Positions 30,130-40,537 of a stretch of DNA of 45,060 nucleotides are shown one piece after another. This DNA comes from a virus (lineage: Duplodnaviria > Heunggongvirae > Uroviricota > Caudoviricetes). The notes under the pieces are model-generated. The model saw only the letters and a list, made by a program, of their open reading frames with translations. It did not search any database and had not been told where the DNA came from. The first letter of the stretch is position 1, and each line of letters begins with the position of its first letter. The DNA lies in IMG/VR virus record IMGVR_UViG_2718217795_000003, one strand, 5' to 3'. Position numbers and translations under genes: made by a program.

Positions 30130-30149
30130 CAGGACGATACTCATCATTT

Positions 30150-30174
30150 GCCCCGGTTATCCGGGGCTTTTTTG
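30150..30174 (+). terminator. Rho-independent terminator after V
   Basis: GCCCCGG-TTAT-CCGGGGC hairpin followed by T6. Confidence 0.7.
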
Positions 30175-30186
30175 CAGGTGGAGAAC

Positions 30187-30576
30187 ATGATGTTTCTGAA
30201 ACAGGGCACGTTTAATTATGAAAAACAGTCCGTGGTGCTCAGTGAGCTGTCCGGGCTGCAGAGAATTGAATATCTGGCGTTTGTTCAGCAGCGAACGGCA
30301 AAGTTTGATGCCGGTGAGGGAGAACTGCCGGAGGCTGAACGACAGATTGCTTTTCTGCGGATGGGGATGGATATCAATGCCTGGCTGGTTTCCCGCTCAC
30401 TGTGGAATGCGGATCAGTCTAAGGATGTAGAGACGCTTTGCGCATCCGTTATTACAACATGGTCGTATGATGCCCTGGGTGCGGGGGCGGAGATGGTTCT
30501 GTCGCTGAGCGGTATGGGGGCCATTGATAATGCCGGGGATGATGAGCATGAGGCGCTGACGCCGGAAAAGTCCTGA
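30187..30576 (+). CDS. G: Tail assembly chaperone G
   Basis: MMFLKQGTFNYEKQSVVLSELSGLQRIEYLAFV... lambda G-like; GGTGGAG RBS. Confidence 0.8.
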   Translation: MMFLKQGTFNYEKQSVVLSELSGLQRIEYLAFVQQRTAKFDAGEGELPEAERQIAFLRMGMDINAWLVSRSLWNADQSKDVETLCASVITTWSYDALGAGAEMVLSLSGMGAIDNAGDDEHEALTPEKS

Positions 30577-30584
30577 CGCGGGAA

Positions 30585-30914
30585 ATGCAGTTTGTCATGC
30601 GGCTTGCCCGGGAGTTCCGACGGGCAGACTGGCGGCGGATGCTGTCGGAAATGTCGGCCACTGAGCTTGGTGAGTGGGGCGATTATTTCCGGATGCAGAG
30701 CTTCAGTGATGTGTGGATGGATGCGCAGTTTGCCTCGCTGAAGGCATTGATCGTGAGAATGGTGTCCGGCAGCAGTGATGCTGCGGTGGCTGATTTCAGC
30801 CTTTTACCGGAAGAGAACGGGATACCGGAGCGAACGGACGAAGAACTGATGCATCTTGGGGAAGGTATTTCCGGAGGTGTGCGTTATGGACCAGATAGCC
30901 AACCTGGTCATTGA
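30585..30914 (+). CDS. T: T segment of the tail assembly chaperone (expected G-T fusion via -1 frameshift)
   Basis: ORF in the -1 frame relative to G, open across the G stop; lambda-like G/T arrangement. Exact slip site not identified. Confidence 0.55.
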   Translation: MQFVMRLAREFRRADWRRMLSEMSATELGEWGDYFRMQSFSDVWMDAQFASLKALIVRMVSGSSDAAVADFSLLPEENGIPERTDEELMHLGEGISGGVRYGPDSQPGH

Positions 30915-33900
30915 TTTGGGGATTGATGCGGCAGAGTTTAAAAATGAAATCCCCCGTATCAAAAACCTTCTGAATGGTGCAGCCAGCGATGCAGAACGGT
31001 CTTCTGCCCGTATGCAGCGTTTTATGGAGCGTCAGACTCAGGCCGCCCGGCAGACAACGCAGGCGGCGTCTTCGGCTGCAACAGCCGCATCCGTCCATGC
31101 GCAGACAGTGGAGAAGAACGCACAGGCTCATGAACGCATGGCCCGCGAGGTGGAGAAAACCCGCCAGCGCATGGAGGCGCTGAGCCAGAAAATGCGCGAG
31201 GAACAGGCGCAGGCCATGGCTCTGGCGGAGGCTCAGGATAAAGCGGCTGCTGCGTTTTATCGTCAGATTGACAGTGTGAAACAGGCCAGTGCGGGGCTGC
31301 AGGAATTACAGCGTATTCAGCAGCAGATCCGACAGGCCAGAAACAGTGGCGGGATTGGTCAGCAGGATTATCTGGCGCTGATTTCTGAGGTTACGGCGAA
31401 AACCCGTGTTCTTACACAGGCTGAGGAAGAGGCTACCCGACAGAAAGTGGCGTTTATCCGTCAGCTTAAAGAGCAGGCAACCCGCCAGAATCTTTCTTCT
31501 TCTGAGTTGCTTCGTGCTAAGGCTGCCCAGCTGGGGGTAAGCAGTGCTGCAGAAGTGTATATCCGCAAAATGGAGCAGGCAGGAAAAGCCACGCATTCGC
31601 TGGGTCTGAAAAGTGCAGCGGCCCGTCAGGAGATAGGCGTTCTGATAGGTGAACTGGCCCGCGGAAATTTAGGTGCGCTGAGGGGATCCGGAATAACGCT
31701 GGCTAACCGTGCCGGGTGGATAGACACATTGATGTCACCGAAAGGCATGATGCTTGGCGGGGTTATTGGCGGTATTGCCGCGGCTGTCTATGGTCTGGGT
31801 AAAGCCTGGTATGACGGTCAGAAGGAGGGGGAAGAATTTAACCGCCAGCTGTCGCTGACGGGGCATTATGCCGGAGTCACTGCCGGGCAGCTGTGGACGC
31901 TCAGTCGTGCTATTTCCGGGAATGGTATCACGCAACATGCTGCAGCCGGTGCGCTGGCTCAGGTGGTGGGTAGTGGTGCATTTCGTGGAAACGATATCGG
32001 TATGGTGGCGAGAGCTGCCGCACAGATGGAGCGATCGGTTGGCCAGTCGATCAGCGATACCATAAATCAGTTTAAGCGGCTGAAGGATGATCCTGTAAAT
32101 GCCGCGAAGGCTCTGGACAATGAGCTGCATTTTCTTACTGCCACTCAGCTTGAGCAGATACGTGTCCTTGGGGATCAGGGACGGTCCAGTGATGCTGCAC
32201 GGATAGCCATGTCTGCACTGGCAGAGGAAACCGGTCGGCGTACTGCGGATATTGATAATAACCTCAATGCGCTTGGTAGTACGCTGAAGTATCTGTCTGA
32301 TTTGTGGAGTCGTTTCTGGGATGCGGCCATGAATATTGGTCGTGAAGACTCGCTGGATGAACAAATTGCCGCTTTACAGGAGAAAGTGTCGCGGGCGAAA
32401 AGACTCCCCTGGACGGCATCATCTTCTCAGGTTGAATACGATCAGCAGCGTCTTAACGATCTTCAGGAGAAAAAACGCCAGAAGGATTTGCAGGATGCAA
32501 AAGAGCAGGCAGAGCGGAATTATCAGGAGCAACAGAAACGCCGTAATGCTGAAAATGCTGCACTGAACCGGATGAATGAAACTGAAGCAGCACGGCATCA
32601 GCGTGAAATTGCGCGTATTAATGCCATGCAGTACGCCGATCAGGCTGTCAGGGATGCGGCGATACAACGTGAAAATGAACGTTACGAGAAAGCCCTGGCA
32701 TCCGGTAAGAAAAAAACACGCGAAACCCGTAATGATGAGGCCACCCGGTTATTGCTGCAGTACAGTCAGCAACAGGCACAGGTGGAAGGGCAGATTGCTG
32801 CTGCAAGACAGTCAGCAGGCATTGCCACTGACAGGATGACAGAAGCGCATAAACAGCTTCTGGCTCTGCAGCAGCGCATCAGCGACCTGGACGGGAAAAA
32901 ACTGACGGCAGATGAAAAGAGTGTGCTTGCCCGTAAAGATGAACTGATTCAGGCATTGACGCTGCTGGATGTAAAACAGCAGGAGCTTCAGAAACAGACG
33001 GCACTCAACGAGCTGAAGAAAAAAACAATTCAGCTGACCAGTCAACTGGCTGAAGAAGAGCGCGCTCAGCGTCAGCAACATGACCTGGATATCGCCACGG
33101 TGGGTATGGGTGATCAGCAGCGGCAGCGATATCAGGTACAACTGAGTCTTCGCCAGAAATACCAGCAACAGCTGGAGCAGTTGAGGCGGGATAGTGAGCG
33201 GAAAGGGACATATAACACGGATGACTACAGAAAGGCCGAGCAGGCGCTGACGGAGAGCCTGAACCGACAACTGAGTGAGAATCGCCGTTACTGGCAACAG
33301 CTTGAAATTGCTCAGGGTGACTGGAAAAACGGAGTCCTGCGTGCACTCCAGAATGTCACTGAGAATGCGGATAACACAGCCGGGACAGTGGAACAGTTGT
33401 TCACGTCTGCGTTCAGTAGCATGAGTGACTGGCTGGCGACATTCTGTACTACAGGCAAACTCAATTTCAAATCCTTCACCTCTTCTGTGCTGTCAGATAT
33501 GTCCAGAATCATGGCTCAGATAGCTTTAATGAAAGCGGTAAAAGGCATTGCTTCCGCGCTGCCTTTTGATTTTGTAGCTAATGCTGATGGCGGTGTTTAT
33601 CAGTCGGCTGATTTGAGTCGCTACAGTGGCACGGTGGTTAACCGTCCGACGTTTTTTGCTTTTGCAAAAGGCGCGGGTGTGATGGGGGAAGCTGGGCCTG
33701 AAGCCATTCTGCCACTGCGTCGTGGTGCTGACGGTAAGCTGGGGGTTGTGGCGGATATTGGTGGTTCAGGTATGGCGATGTTTGCCCCGCAGTACAACAT
33801 CGAGATCAATAACGATGGCACGAACGGGCAGATAGGTCCGGCTGCCCTGAAGGTGGTTTATGACCTTGGGAAAAAAGCGGCAGCGGACTTTATGCAACAG

Positions 33901-33942
33901 CAGGCCCGTGATGGTGGTCGGTTAAGTGGAGCATATCGGTAA
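30886..33942 (+). CDS. H: Tail tape-measure protein (gpH-like)
   Basis: ATG at 30886 with GGAGG upstream; about 1018 aa, coiled-coil-rich, Gln/Ala/Arg-rich repeats. Confidence 0.9.
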   Translation: MDQIANLVIDLGIDAAEFKNEIPRIKNLLNGAASDAERSSARMQRFMERQTQAARQTTQAASSAATAASVHAQTVEKNAQAHERMAREVEKTRQRMEALSQKMREEQAQAMALAEAQDKAAAAFYRQIDSVKQASAGLQELQRIQQQIRQARNSGGIGQQDYLALISEVTAKTRVLTQAEEEATRQKVAFIRQLKEQATRQNLSSSELLRAKAAQLGVSSAAEVYIRKMEQAGKATHSLGLKSAAARQEIGVLIGELARGNLGALRGSGITLANRAGWIDTLMSPKGMMLGGVIGGIAAAVYGLGKAWYDGQKEGEEFNRQLSLTGHYAGVTAGQLWTLSRAISGNGITQHAAAGALAQVVGSGAFRGNDIGMVARAAAQMERSVGQSISDTINQFKRLKDDPVNAAKALDNELHFLTATQLEQIRVLGDQGRSSDAARIAMSALAEETGRRTADIDNNLNALGSTLKYLSDLWSRFWDAAMNIGREDSLDEQIAALQEKVSRAKRLPWTASSSQVEYDQQRLNDLQEKKRQKDLQDAKEQAERNYQEQQKRRNAENAALNRMNETEAARHQREIARINAMQYADQAVRDAAIQRENERYEKALASGKKKTRETRNDEATRLLLQYSQQQAQVEGQIAAARQSAGIATDRMTEAHKQLLALQQRISDLDGKKLTADEKSVLARKDELIQALTLLDVKQQELQKQTALNELKKKTIQLTSQLAEEERAQRQQHDLDIATVGMGDQQRQRYQVQLSLRQKYQQQLEQLRRDSERKGTYNTDDYRKAEQALTESLNRQLSENRRYWQQLEIAQGDWKNGVLRALQNVTENADNTAGTVEQLFTSAFSSMSDWLATFCTTGKLNFKSFTSSVLSDMSRIMAQIALMKAVKGIASALPFDFVANADGGVYQSADLSRYSGTVVNRPTFFAFAKGAGVMGEAGPEAILPLRRGADGKLGVVADIGGSGMAMFAPQYNIEINNDGTNGQIGPAALKVVYDLGKKAAADFMQQQARDGGRLSGAYR

Positions 33943-34271
33943 TGGAGACGTTTCACTGGAAAGTGCGCCCGGATATGAATGTGGTATCAGAGCCGAAAGT
34001 GGTGACAGTGAAGCTGGGCGATGGTTATGAACAGCGTCGTGCGGCGGGACTGAATAACCAGTTGTCGACTTACAGCGTGACGATACGTGTTCGTAAATGT
34101 GAACACCCATCTTTAAAAGCCTTTCTGGAACGGCACGGTGGCGTCCGCGCATTTCAGTGGACGCCACCTTATGACTGGAAGCCGATCAGGGTGGTTTGTC
34201 GTAAATGGTCGGCAAGCGTGGGGGCGCTGTGGGTAACCATAACGGCAGATTTTGAACAGGTCGTGGCATAG
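33942..34271 (+). CDS. M: Minor tail protein M
   Basis: 109 aa; ATG overlaps the H stop (TAATG); lambda M-like. Confidence 0.85.
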   Translation: METFHWKVRPDMNVVSEPKVVTVKLGDGYEQRRAAGLNNQLSTYSVTIRVRKCEHPSLKAFLERHGGVRAFQWTPPYDWKPIRVVCRKWSASVGALWVTITADFEQVVA

Positions 34272-34280
34272 GAGGCCCTG

Positions 34281-34979
34281 ATGCAGGATATTCCACAGGA
34301 AACACATCATGAGACGACACGCCTTACTCAGTCAGCCCAGGTGGTGCTCTGGGAAATCGATCTGACAGAGGTCGGTGGTGAACGTTATTTTTTCTGTAAT
34401 GAGCAGAACGAAAAAGGTGAGCCGGTCACCTGGCAGGGGCGGCAGTATCAGGTATACCCTATTCAGGGGACGGGATTTGAACTGAACGGTAAGGGTAGTG
34501 CTGCCCGTCCGACACTGACGGTCTCTAACCTGCACGGCATGGTCACCGGGATGGTGGAAGACCTGCAGAGTCTGGTCGGCGGAACGGTGGTCAGGCGTAA
34601 GGTTTACGCCCGTTTTCTGGATGCGGTGAACTTCGTCAACGGAAACAGCGACGCCGATCCGGAGCAGGAGGTGATCAGCCGCTGGCGCATCGAGCAGTGC
34701 AGCGAACTGAGTGCGGTCAGTGCCTCCTTTGTGCTCTCCACACCGACGGAAACGGATGGTGCTGTTTTTCCGGGGCGCATCATGCTGGCCAACACCTGCA
34801 CCTGGACCTATCGCGGTGATGAGTGCGGTTATCATGGTCCGGCTGTCGCGGATGAATATGACCAGCCGACGTCCGATATCACGAAGGATAAATGCAGCAA
34901 ATGCCTGAGCGGCTGTAAGTTTCGCAATAACGTCGGCAACTTTGGCGGCTTCCTTTCCATTAACAAACTTTCGCAGTAA
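34281..34979 (+). CDS. L: Minor tail protein L
   Basis: 232 aa; lambda L-like including C-terminal Cys cluster (CSKCLSGCKF). Confidence 0.85.
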   Translation: MQDIPQETHHETTRLTQSAQVVLWEIDLTEVGGERYFFCNEQNEKGEPVTWQGRQYQVYPIQGTGFELNGKGSAARPTLTVSNLHGMVTGMVEDLQSLVGGTVVRRKVYARFLDAVNFVNGNSDADPEQEVISRWRIEQCSELSAVSASFVLSTPTETDGAVFPGRIMLANTCTWTYRGDECGYHGPAVADEYDQPTSDITKDKCSKCLSGCKFRNNVGNFGGFLSINKLSQ

Positions 34980-34983
34980 TCCC

Positions 34984-35727
34984 ATGACACAGACAGAATC
35001 AGCGATTCTGGCGCACGCCCGGCGATGTGCGCCAGCGGAGTCGTGCGGCTTCGTGGTGAGAACGCCGGAGGGGGAAAGATATTTTCCCTGCGTGAATATC
35101 TCCGGTGAGCCGGAGGATTATTTCCGGATGTCGCCGGAGGACTGGCTGCAGGCAGAGATGCAGGGTGAGATTGTGGCGCTGGTCCACAGTCATCCCGGTG
35201 GTCTGCCCTGGCTGAGTGAGGCTGACCGGTGGCTGCAGGTGCAGAGTGATTTGCCGTGGTGGCTGGTCTGCCGGGGGGCGATTCACAAGTTCCGCTGTGT
35301 GCCGCATCTCACCGGGCGGCGCTTTGAGCACGGGGTGACGGACTGTTACACGCTGTTCCGGGACGCTTACCATCTGGCGGGGATTGAGATGCCGGATTTT
35401 ACGCGGGAGGATGACTGGTGGCGTCACGGTCAGAATCTCTATCTGGATAATCTGGAGGCCACAGGGCTGTATCAGGTGCCGTTGTCAGCGGCGCAGCCGG
35501 GCGATGTGCTGCTGTGCTGTTTTGGTTCATCGGTGCCGAATCACGCCGCAATTTACTGCGGCGACGGCGAGCTGCTGCACCATATTCCTGAACAACTGAG
35601 CAAACGAGAGAGGTATACCGACAAATGGCAGCGACGCACACACTCCCTCTGGCGTCACCGGGCATGGCGCGCATCTGCCTTTACGGGGATTTACAACGAT
35701 TTGGTCGCCGCATCGACCTTCGTGTGA
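34984..35727 (+). CDS. K: Tail assembly protein K (MPN/JAB plus NlpC/P60 domains)
   Basis: MTQTESAILAHARRCAPAESCGFVV...HSHPGG... matches lambda K closely. Confidence 0.9.
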   Translation: MTQTESAILAHARRCAPAESCGFVVRTPEGERYFPCVNISGEPEDYFRMSPEDWLQAEMQGEIVALVHSHPGGLPWLSEADRWLQVQSDLPWWLVCRGAIHKFRCVPHLTGRRFEHGVTDCYTLFRDAYHLAGIEMPDFTREDDWWRHGQNLYLDNLEATGLYQVPLSAAQPGDVLLCCFGSSVPNHAAIYCGDGELLHHIPEQLSKRERYTDKWQRRTHSLWRHRAWRASAFTGIYNDLVAASTFV

Positions 35728-36266
35728 AAACGGGGGCTGAAGCCATCCGGGCGCTGGCCACACAGCTCCCGGCGTTTCGTCAGAAACTGAGCGACGGCTG
35801 GTATCAGGTACGGATTGCCGGGCGTGATACAGGTGAAACGGAATTATCAGCCCGTCTTAATGAACCGCTGGCAAATGGTGCTGTGATCCATATCGTGCCG
35901 CGTCTGGCAGGAGCCAAAAGTGGCGGTGTGTTTCAGGCTGTGCTGGGGGCGGCTGTTATGGCGGTTGCTATATGGATGCCGGGGGTAGGAATTATGGCGA
36001 GTAATCTGCTGTTTTCTCTCGGTGCCAGTATGACGCTTGGCGGTGTTGCACAGATGCTGGCCCCTAAACCCAAAACCCCCCGCACACAGACAACGGATAA
36101 CGGCAAACAGAACACCTATTTTTCTTCACTGGATAATATGGTTGCCCAGGGCAATGTTCTGCCCGTTCTGTACGGTGAAATGCGCGTGGGATCACGTGTG
36201 GTATCTCAGGAGATCAGCACAGCAGATGAAGGTGATGGTGGTCAGGTTGTGGTGATTGGTCGCTGA
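35625..36266 (+). CDS. I: Tail assembly protein I
   Basis: MAATHTLPLASPGMARICLYGDLQRFGRRIDLRV... matches lambda I; overlaps the K 3' end. Confidence 0.85.
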   Translation: MAATHTLPLASPGMARICLYGDLQRFGRRIDLRVKTGAEAIRALATQLPAFRQKLSDGWYQVRIAGRDTGETELSARLNEPLANGAVIHIVPRLAGAKSGGVFQAVLGAAVMAVAIWMPGVGIMASNLLFSLGASMTLGGVAQMLAPKPKTPRTQTTDNGKQNTYFSSLDNMVAQGNVLPVLYGEMRVGSRVVSQEISTADEGDGGQVVVIGR

Positions 36267-36326
36267 TGAAAAACGTTTTATGTGAAACCGCCTCCGGGCG
36301 GTTTTATCGTTTATGGAGCATGACGA

Positions 36327-39300
36327 ATGGGTAAAGGCAGCAGTAAGGGGCATACCCCGCGCGAAGCGAAGGACAACCTGAAGTCCACGCAGCTGCTGAG
36401 TGTGATCGATGCCATCAGCGAAGGGCCGGTTGAAGGTCCGGTGGATGGATTAAAAAGCGTGCTGCTGAACAGTACGCCGGTGCTGGACAGTGAGGGGAAT
36501 ACCAATATATCCGGCGTCACGGTGGTGTTCCGGGCCGGTGAGCAGGAGCAGACTCCGCCGGAGGGATTTGAATCCTCCGGTTCCGAGACGGTGCTGGGTA
36601 CGGAAGTGAAATATGACACGCCGATCACCCGCACCATCACGTCGGCAAACATCGACCGTCTGCGCTTTACCTTCGGTGTGCAGGCACTGGTGGAAACCAC
36701 CTCAAAGGGGGACAGGAATCCATCGGAAGTCCGCCTGCTGGTTCAGATACAACGTAACGGTGGCTGGGTGACGGAAAAAGACATCACCATTAAGGGTAAA
36801 ACCACCTCGCAGTATCTGGCCTCAGTGGTGGTGGATAACCTGCCGCCGCGCCCGTTTAATATCCGGATGCGCAGGATGACGCCGGACAGCACCACAGACC
36901 AGCTGCAGAACAAAACGCTCTGGTCGTCATACACCGAAATCATCGATGTGAAACAGTGCTACCCGAACACGGCACTGGTCGGCGTGCAGGTGGACTCGGA
37001 GCAGTTCGGCAGCCAGCAGGTGAGCCGTAATTATCATCTGCGCGGGCGTATTCTGCAGGTGCCGTCGAACTATAACCCGCAGACGCGGCAATACAGCGGT
37101 ATCTGGGACGGGACGTTTAAACCGGCATACAGCAACAACATGGCCTGGTGTCTGTGGGATATGCTGACCCATCCGCGCTACGGCATGGGGAAGCGTCTCG
37201 GTGCGGCGGATGTGGACAAATGGGCGCTGTATGTCATCGGCCAGAATTGCGACCAGTCGGTGCCGGATGGCTTTGGTGGCACGGAGCCGCGCATCACCTG
37301 TAATGCCTGGCTGACCACGCAGCGCAAGGCGTGGGATGTGCTCAGTGATTTCTGCTCGGCGATGCGCTGTATGCCGGTATGGAACGGGCAGACGCTGACG
37401 TTCGTGCAGGACCGGCCATCGGATAAGGTGTGGACCTATAACCGCAGTAATGTGGTGATGCCGGATGATGGCGCGCCGTTCCGCTACAGCTTCAGCGCCC
37501 TGAAGGACCGTCATAATGCCGTTGAGGTGAACTGGATTGACCCGAATAACGGCTGGGAGACGGCGACAGAGCTTGTGGAGGACACGCAGGCCATTGCCCG
37601 TTACGGTCGTAACGTCACGAAGATGGATGCCTTTGGCTGTACCAGCCGGGGGCAGGCACACCGCGCCGGGCTGTGGCTGATTAAAACAGAACTGCTGGAA
37701 ACGCAGACCGTGGATTTCAGCGTCGGCGCAGAAGGGCTTCGCCATGTACCGGGCGATGTTATTGAAATCTGTGATGATGACTATGCCGGTATCAGCACCG
37801 GTGGTCGTGTGCTGGCGGTGAACAGCCAGACCCGGACGCTGACGCTCGACCGTGAAATCACGCTGCCATCCTCCGGTACCACGCTGATAAGCCTGGTTGA
37901 CGGAAGTGGCAATCCGGTCAGCGTGGAGGTTCAGTCCGTCACCGACGGCGTGAAGGTAAAAGTGAGCCGTGTTCCTGACGGTGTTGCTGAATACAGCGTA
38001 TGGGGGCTGAAGCTGCCGACGCTGCGCCAGCGACTGTTCCGCTGCGTGAGTATCCGTGAGAACGACGACGGCACGTATGCCATCACCGCCGTGCAGCATG
38101 TGCCGGAAAAAGAGGCCATCGTGGATAACGGGGCGCACTTTGACGGCGAACAGAGTGGCACGGTGAATGGTGTCACGCCGCCAGCGGTGCAGCACCTGAC
38201 CGCAGAAGTCACTGCAGACAGCGGGGAATATCAGGTGCTGGCGCGCTGGGATACGCCGAAGGTGGTGAAGGGTGTGAGCTTTATGCTTCGCCTGACCGTG
38301 GCAGCGGATGACGGCAGTGAGCGGCTGGTCAGCACGGCCCGGACGACGGAAACCACATACCGCTTCAGGCAGCTGGCGCTGGGAAGCTACAGGCTGACAG
38401 TCCGGGCGGCAAATGCCTGGGGGCAGCAGGGCGATCCTGCATCGGTATCGTTCCGGATTGCCGCACCGGCAGCGCCGTCGCGGATTGAGCTGACGCCGGG
38501 CTATTTTCAGATAACCGCCACGCCCCATCTTGCCGTTTATGATCCGACGGTACAGTTTGAGTTCTGGTTCTCGGAAAAGCGGATTGCGGATATCAGGCAG
38601 GTTGAAACTACAGCCCGCTATCTTGGCACGGCGCTGTACTGGATAGCTGCCAGTATCAATATCAAACCGGGCCATGATTATTATTTTTACATCCGCAGTG
38701 TGAACACCGTTGGCAAATCGGCATTTGTGGAGGCTGTTGGCCAGCCGAGTGATGATGCATCCGGCTATCTGGATTTTTTCAAAGGCGAGATAGGGAAAAG
38801 CCATCTGGCTCAGGAGCTGTGGACGCAGATTGATAACGGTCAGCTTGCGCCTGACCTGGCTGAAATCAGGACGTCCATTACGGATGTCAGCAATGAAATC
38901 ACGCAGACCGTCAATAAGAAACTGGAAGACCAGAGTGCGGCAATCCAGCAGATACAGAAGGTTCAGGTTGATACAAATAATAACCTGAACAGCATGTGGG
39001 CTGTGAAGCTGCAGCAGATGCAGGACGGACGCCTTTATATCGCGGGTATTGGTGCCGGTATTGAGAATACCCCTGACGGTATGCAGAGTCAGGTGCTGCT
39101 GGCGGCGGACAGGATTGCGATGATTAATCCTGCGAATGGCAACACAAAACCGATGTTTGTTGGTCAGGGCGATCAGATATTCATGAACGAAGTGTTCCTG
39201 AAATATCTGACGGCTCCCACCATTACCAGCGGCGGTAATCCTCCGGCATTTTCCCTGACACCGGACGGGCGGCTGACGGCGAAAAATGCCGATATTAGCG

Positions 39301-39806
39301 GTAACGTGAATGCGAACTCCGGGACGCTCAACAACGTCACGATTAACGAGAACTGCCGGGTTCTGGGAAAACTGTCCGCGAACCAGATTGAAGGCGATCT
39401 CGTTAAAACAGTGGGCAAAGCTTTCCCCCGGGACTCCCGTGCACCGGAACGGTGGCCATCAGGGACCATTACCGTCAGGGTTTATGACGATCAGCCGTTT
39501 GACCGGCAGATTGTTATTCCGGCGGTGGCATTCAGCGGCGCTAAACATGAGAGAGAGCATACTGATATTTACTCCTCATGCCGTCTGATAGTGCGGAAAA
39601 ACGGTGCTGAAATTTATAACCGTACCGCGCTGGATAATACGCTGATTTACAGTGGCGTTATTGATATGCCTGCCGGTCACGGTCACATGACGCTGGAGTT
39701 TTCGGTGTCAGCATGGCTGGTAAATGACTGGTATCCCACAGCAAGTATCAGCGATCTGCTGGTTGTGGTGATGAAGAAAGCCACCGCAGGCATCAGTATC
39801 AGCTGA
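36327..39806 (+). CDS. J: Host specificity / central tail fibre protein J
   Basis: 1159-aa ORF after I; lambda J-like N-terminus; followed by a terminator. Confidence 0.9.
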   Translation: MGKGSSKGHTPREAKDNLKSTQLLSVIDAISEGPVEGPVDGLKSVLLNSTPVLDSEGNTNISGVTVVFRAGEQEQTPPEGFESSGSETVLGTEVKYDTPITRTITSANIDRLRFTFGVQALVETTSKGDRNPSEVRLLVQIQRNGGWVTEKDITIKGKTTSQYLASVVVDNLPPRPFNIRMRRMTPDSTTDQLQNKTLWSSYTEIIDVKQCYPNTALVGVQVDSEQFGSQQVSRNYHLRGRILQVPSNYNPQTRQYSGIWDGTFKPAYSNNMAWCLWDMLTHPRYGMGKRLGAADVDKWALYVIGQNCDQSVPDGFGGTEPRITCNAWLTTQRKAWDVLSDFCSAMRCMPVWNGQTLTFVQDRPSDKVWTYNRSNVVMPDDGAPFRYSFSALKDRHNAVEVNWIDPNNGWETATELVEDTQAIARYGRNVTKMDAFGCTSRGQAHRAGLWLIKTELLETQTVDFSVGAEGLRHVPGDVIEICDDDYAGISTGGRVLAVNSQTRTLTLDREITLPSSGTTLISLVDGSGNPVSVEVQSVTDGVKVKVSRVPDGVAEYSVWGLKLPTLRQRLFRCVSIRENDDGTYAITAVQHVPEKEAIVDNGAHFDGEQSGTVNGVTPPAVQHLTAEVTADSGEYQVLARWDTPKVVKGVSFMLRLTVAADDGSERLVSTARTTETTYRFRQLALGSYRLTVRAANAWGQQGDPASVSFRIAAPAAPSRIELTPGYFQITATPHLAVYDPTVQFEFWFSEKRIADIRQVETTARYLGTALYWIAASINIKPGHDYYFYIRSVNTVGKSAFVEAVGQPSDDASGYLDFFKGEIGKSHLAQELWTQIDNGQLAPDLAEIRTSITDVSNEITQTVNKKLEDQSAAIQQIQKVQVDTNNNLNSMWAVKLQQMQDGRLYIAGIGAGIENTPDGMQSQVLLAADRIAMINPANGNTKPMFVGQGDQIFMNEVFLKYLTAPTITSGGNPPAFSLTPDGRLTAKNADISGNVNANSGTLNNVTINENCRVLGKLSANQIEGDLVKTVGKAFPRDSRAPERWPSGTITVRVYDDQPFDRQIVIPAVAFSGAKHEREHTDIYSSCRLIVRKNGAEIYNRTALDNTLIYSGVIDMPAGHGHMTLEFSVSAWLVNDWYPTASISDLLVVVMKKATAGISIS

Positions 39807-39824
39807 ATTTTATAACCCATATAC

Positions 39825-39850
39825 GGGCGCCAGAAATGGCGCCTTTTTTA
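39825..39850 (+). terminator. Rho-independent terminator after J
   Basis: GGGCGCC-AGAAAT-GGCGCC hairpin followed by T6. Confidence 0.7.
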
Positions 39851-39873
39851 TTGCAGAAAAGCGAGAGGTAATT

Positions 39874-40473
39874 ATGCGTAAAGTTTGTGCCGCCATTTTT
39901 TCCGCAGCCATTTGTCTGGCCGTATCCGGTGCGCCTGCATGGGCATCTGAACATCAGTCCACGCTGAGCGCGGGGTATCTTCATGCCTCGACGAACGTTC
40001 CCGGCAGCGATGATCTGAACGGGATTAACGTGAAATACCGTTATGAGTTTACGGACACACTGGGGATGGTGACGTCATTCAGCTATGCAGGAGACAAGAA
40101 TCGCCAGCTTACCCGTTACAGCGATACCCGCTGGCATGAAGATTCCGTGCGTAACCGCTGGTTCAGCGTGATGGTGGGGCCGTCTGTGCGCGTGAATGAA
40201 TGGTTCAGCGCGTATGCGATGGCGGGTATGGCTTACAGCCGTGTTTCGACTTTCTCCGGAGATTATATCCGCGTAACTGACAACAAGGGGAAAACGCACG
40301 ATGTGCTGACCGGAAGTGATGACGGTCGCCACAGCGACACGTCTCTGGCATGGGGGGCTGGCGTGCAGTTTAACCCGACCGAATCCGTGGCCATTGATAT
40401 TGCTTATGAAGGTTCCGGCAGTGGCGACTGGCGCACTGACGGTTTCATCGTTGGTGTCGGTTATAAATTCTGA
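39874..40473 (+). CDS. lom: Lom/Ail-family outer-membrane beta-barrel protein
   Basis: 199 aa; signal peptide; C-terminal ...GVGYKF typical beta-barrel end; lambda lom position. Confidence 0.9.
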
Positions 40474-40498
40474 TTAGCCAGGTAACACAGTGTTATGA

Positions 40499-40527
40499 CA
40501 GCCCGCCGGTTCAGGCGGGCTTTTTTG
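40499..40527 (+). terminator. Rho-independent terminator after lom
   Basis: GCCCGCC-GGTTCA-GGCGGGC hairpin followed by T6. Confidence 0.7.
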
Positions 40528-40537
40528 TGGAGTGGAT

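Noticed and set aside
31735-33346. Several - strand ORFs (209, 161 and 113 aa) inside the tape-measure gene
   Set aside because: Antisense to a well-supported long coding gene; no start signals; biased composition.
36927-38804. 625-aa ORF on the - strand
   Set aside because: Entirely antisense to the J gene in GC-rich DNA; Arg/His/Pro-rich low-complexity translation; no RBS. Typical antisense shadow ORF.
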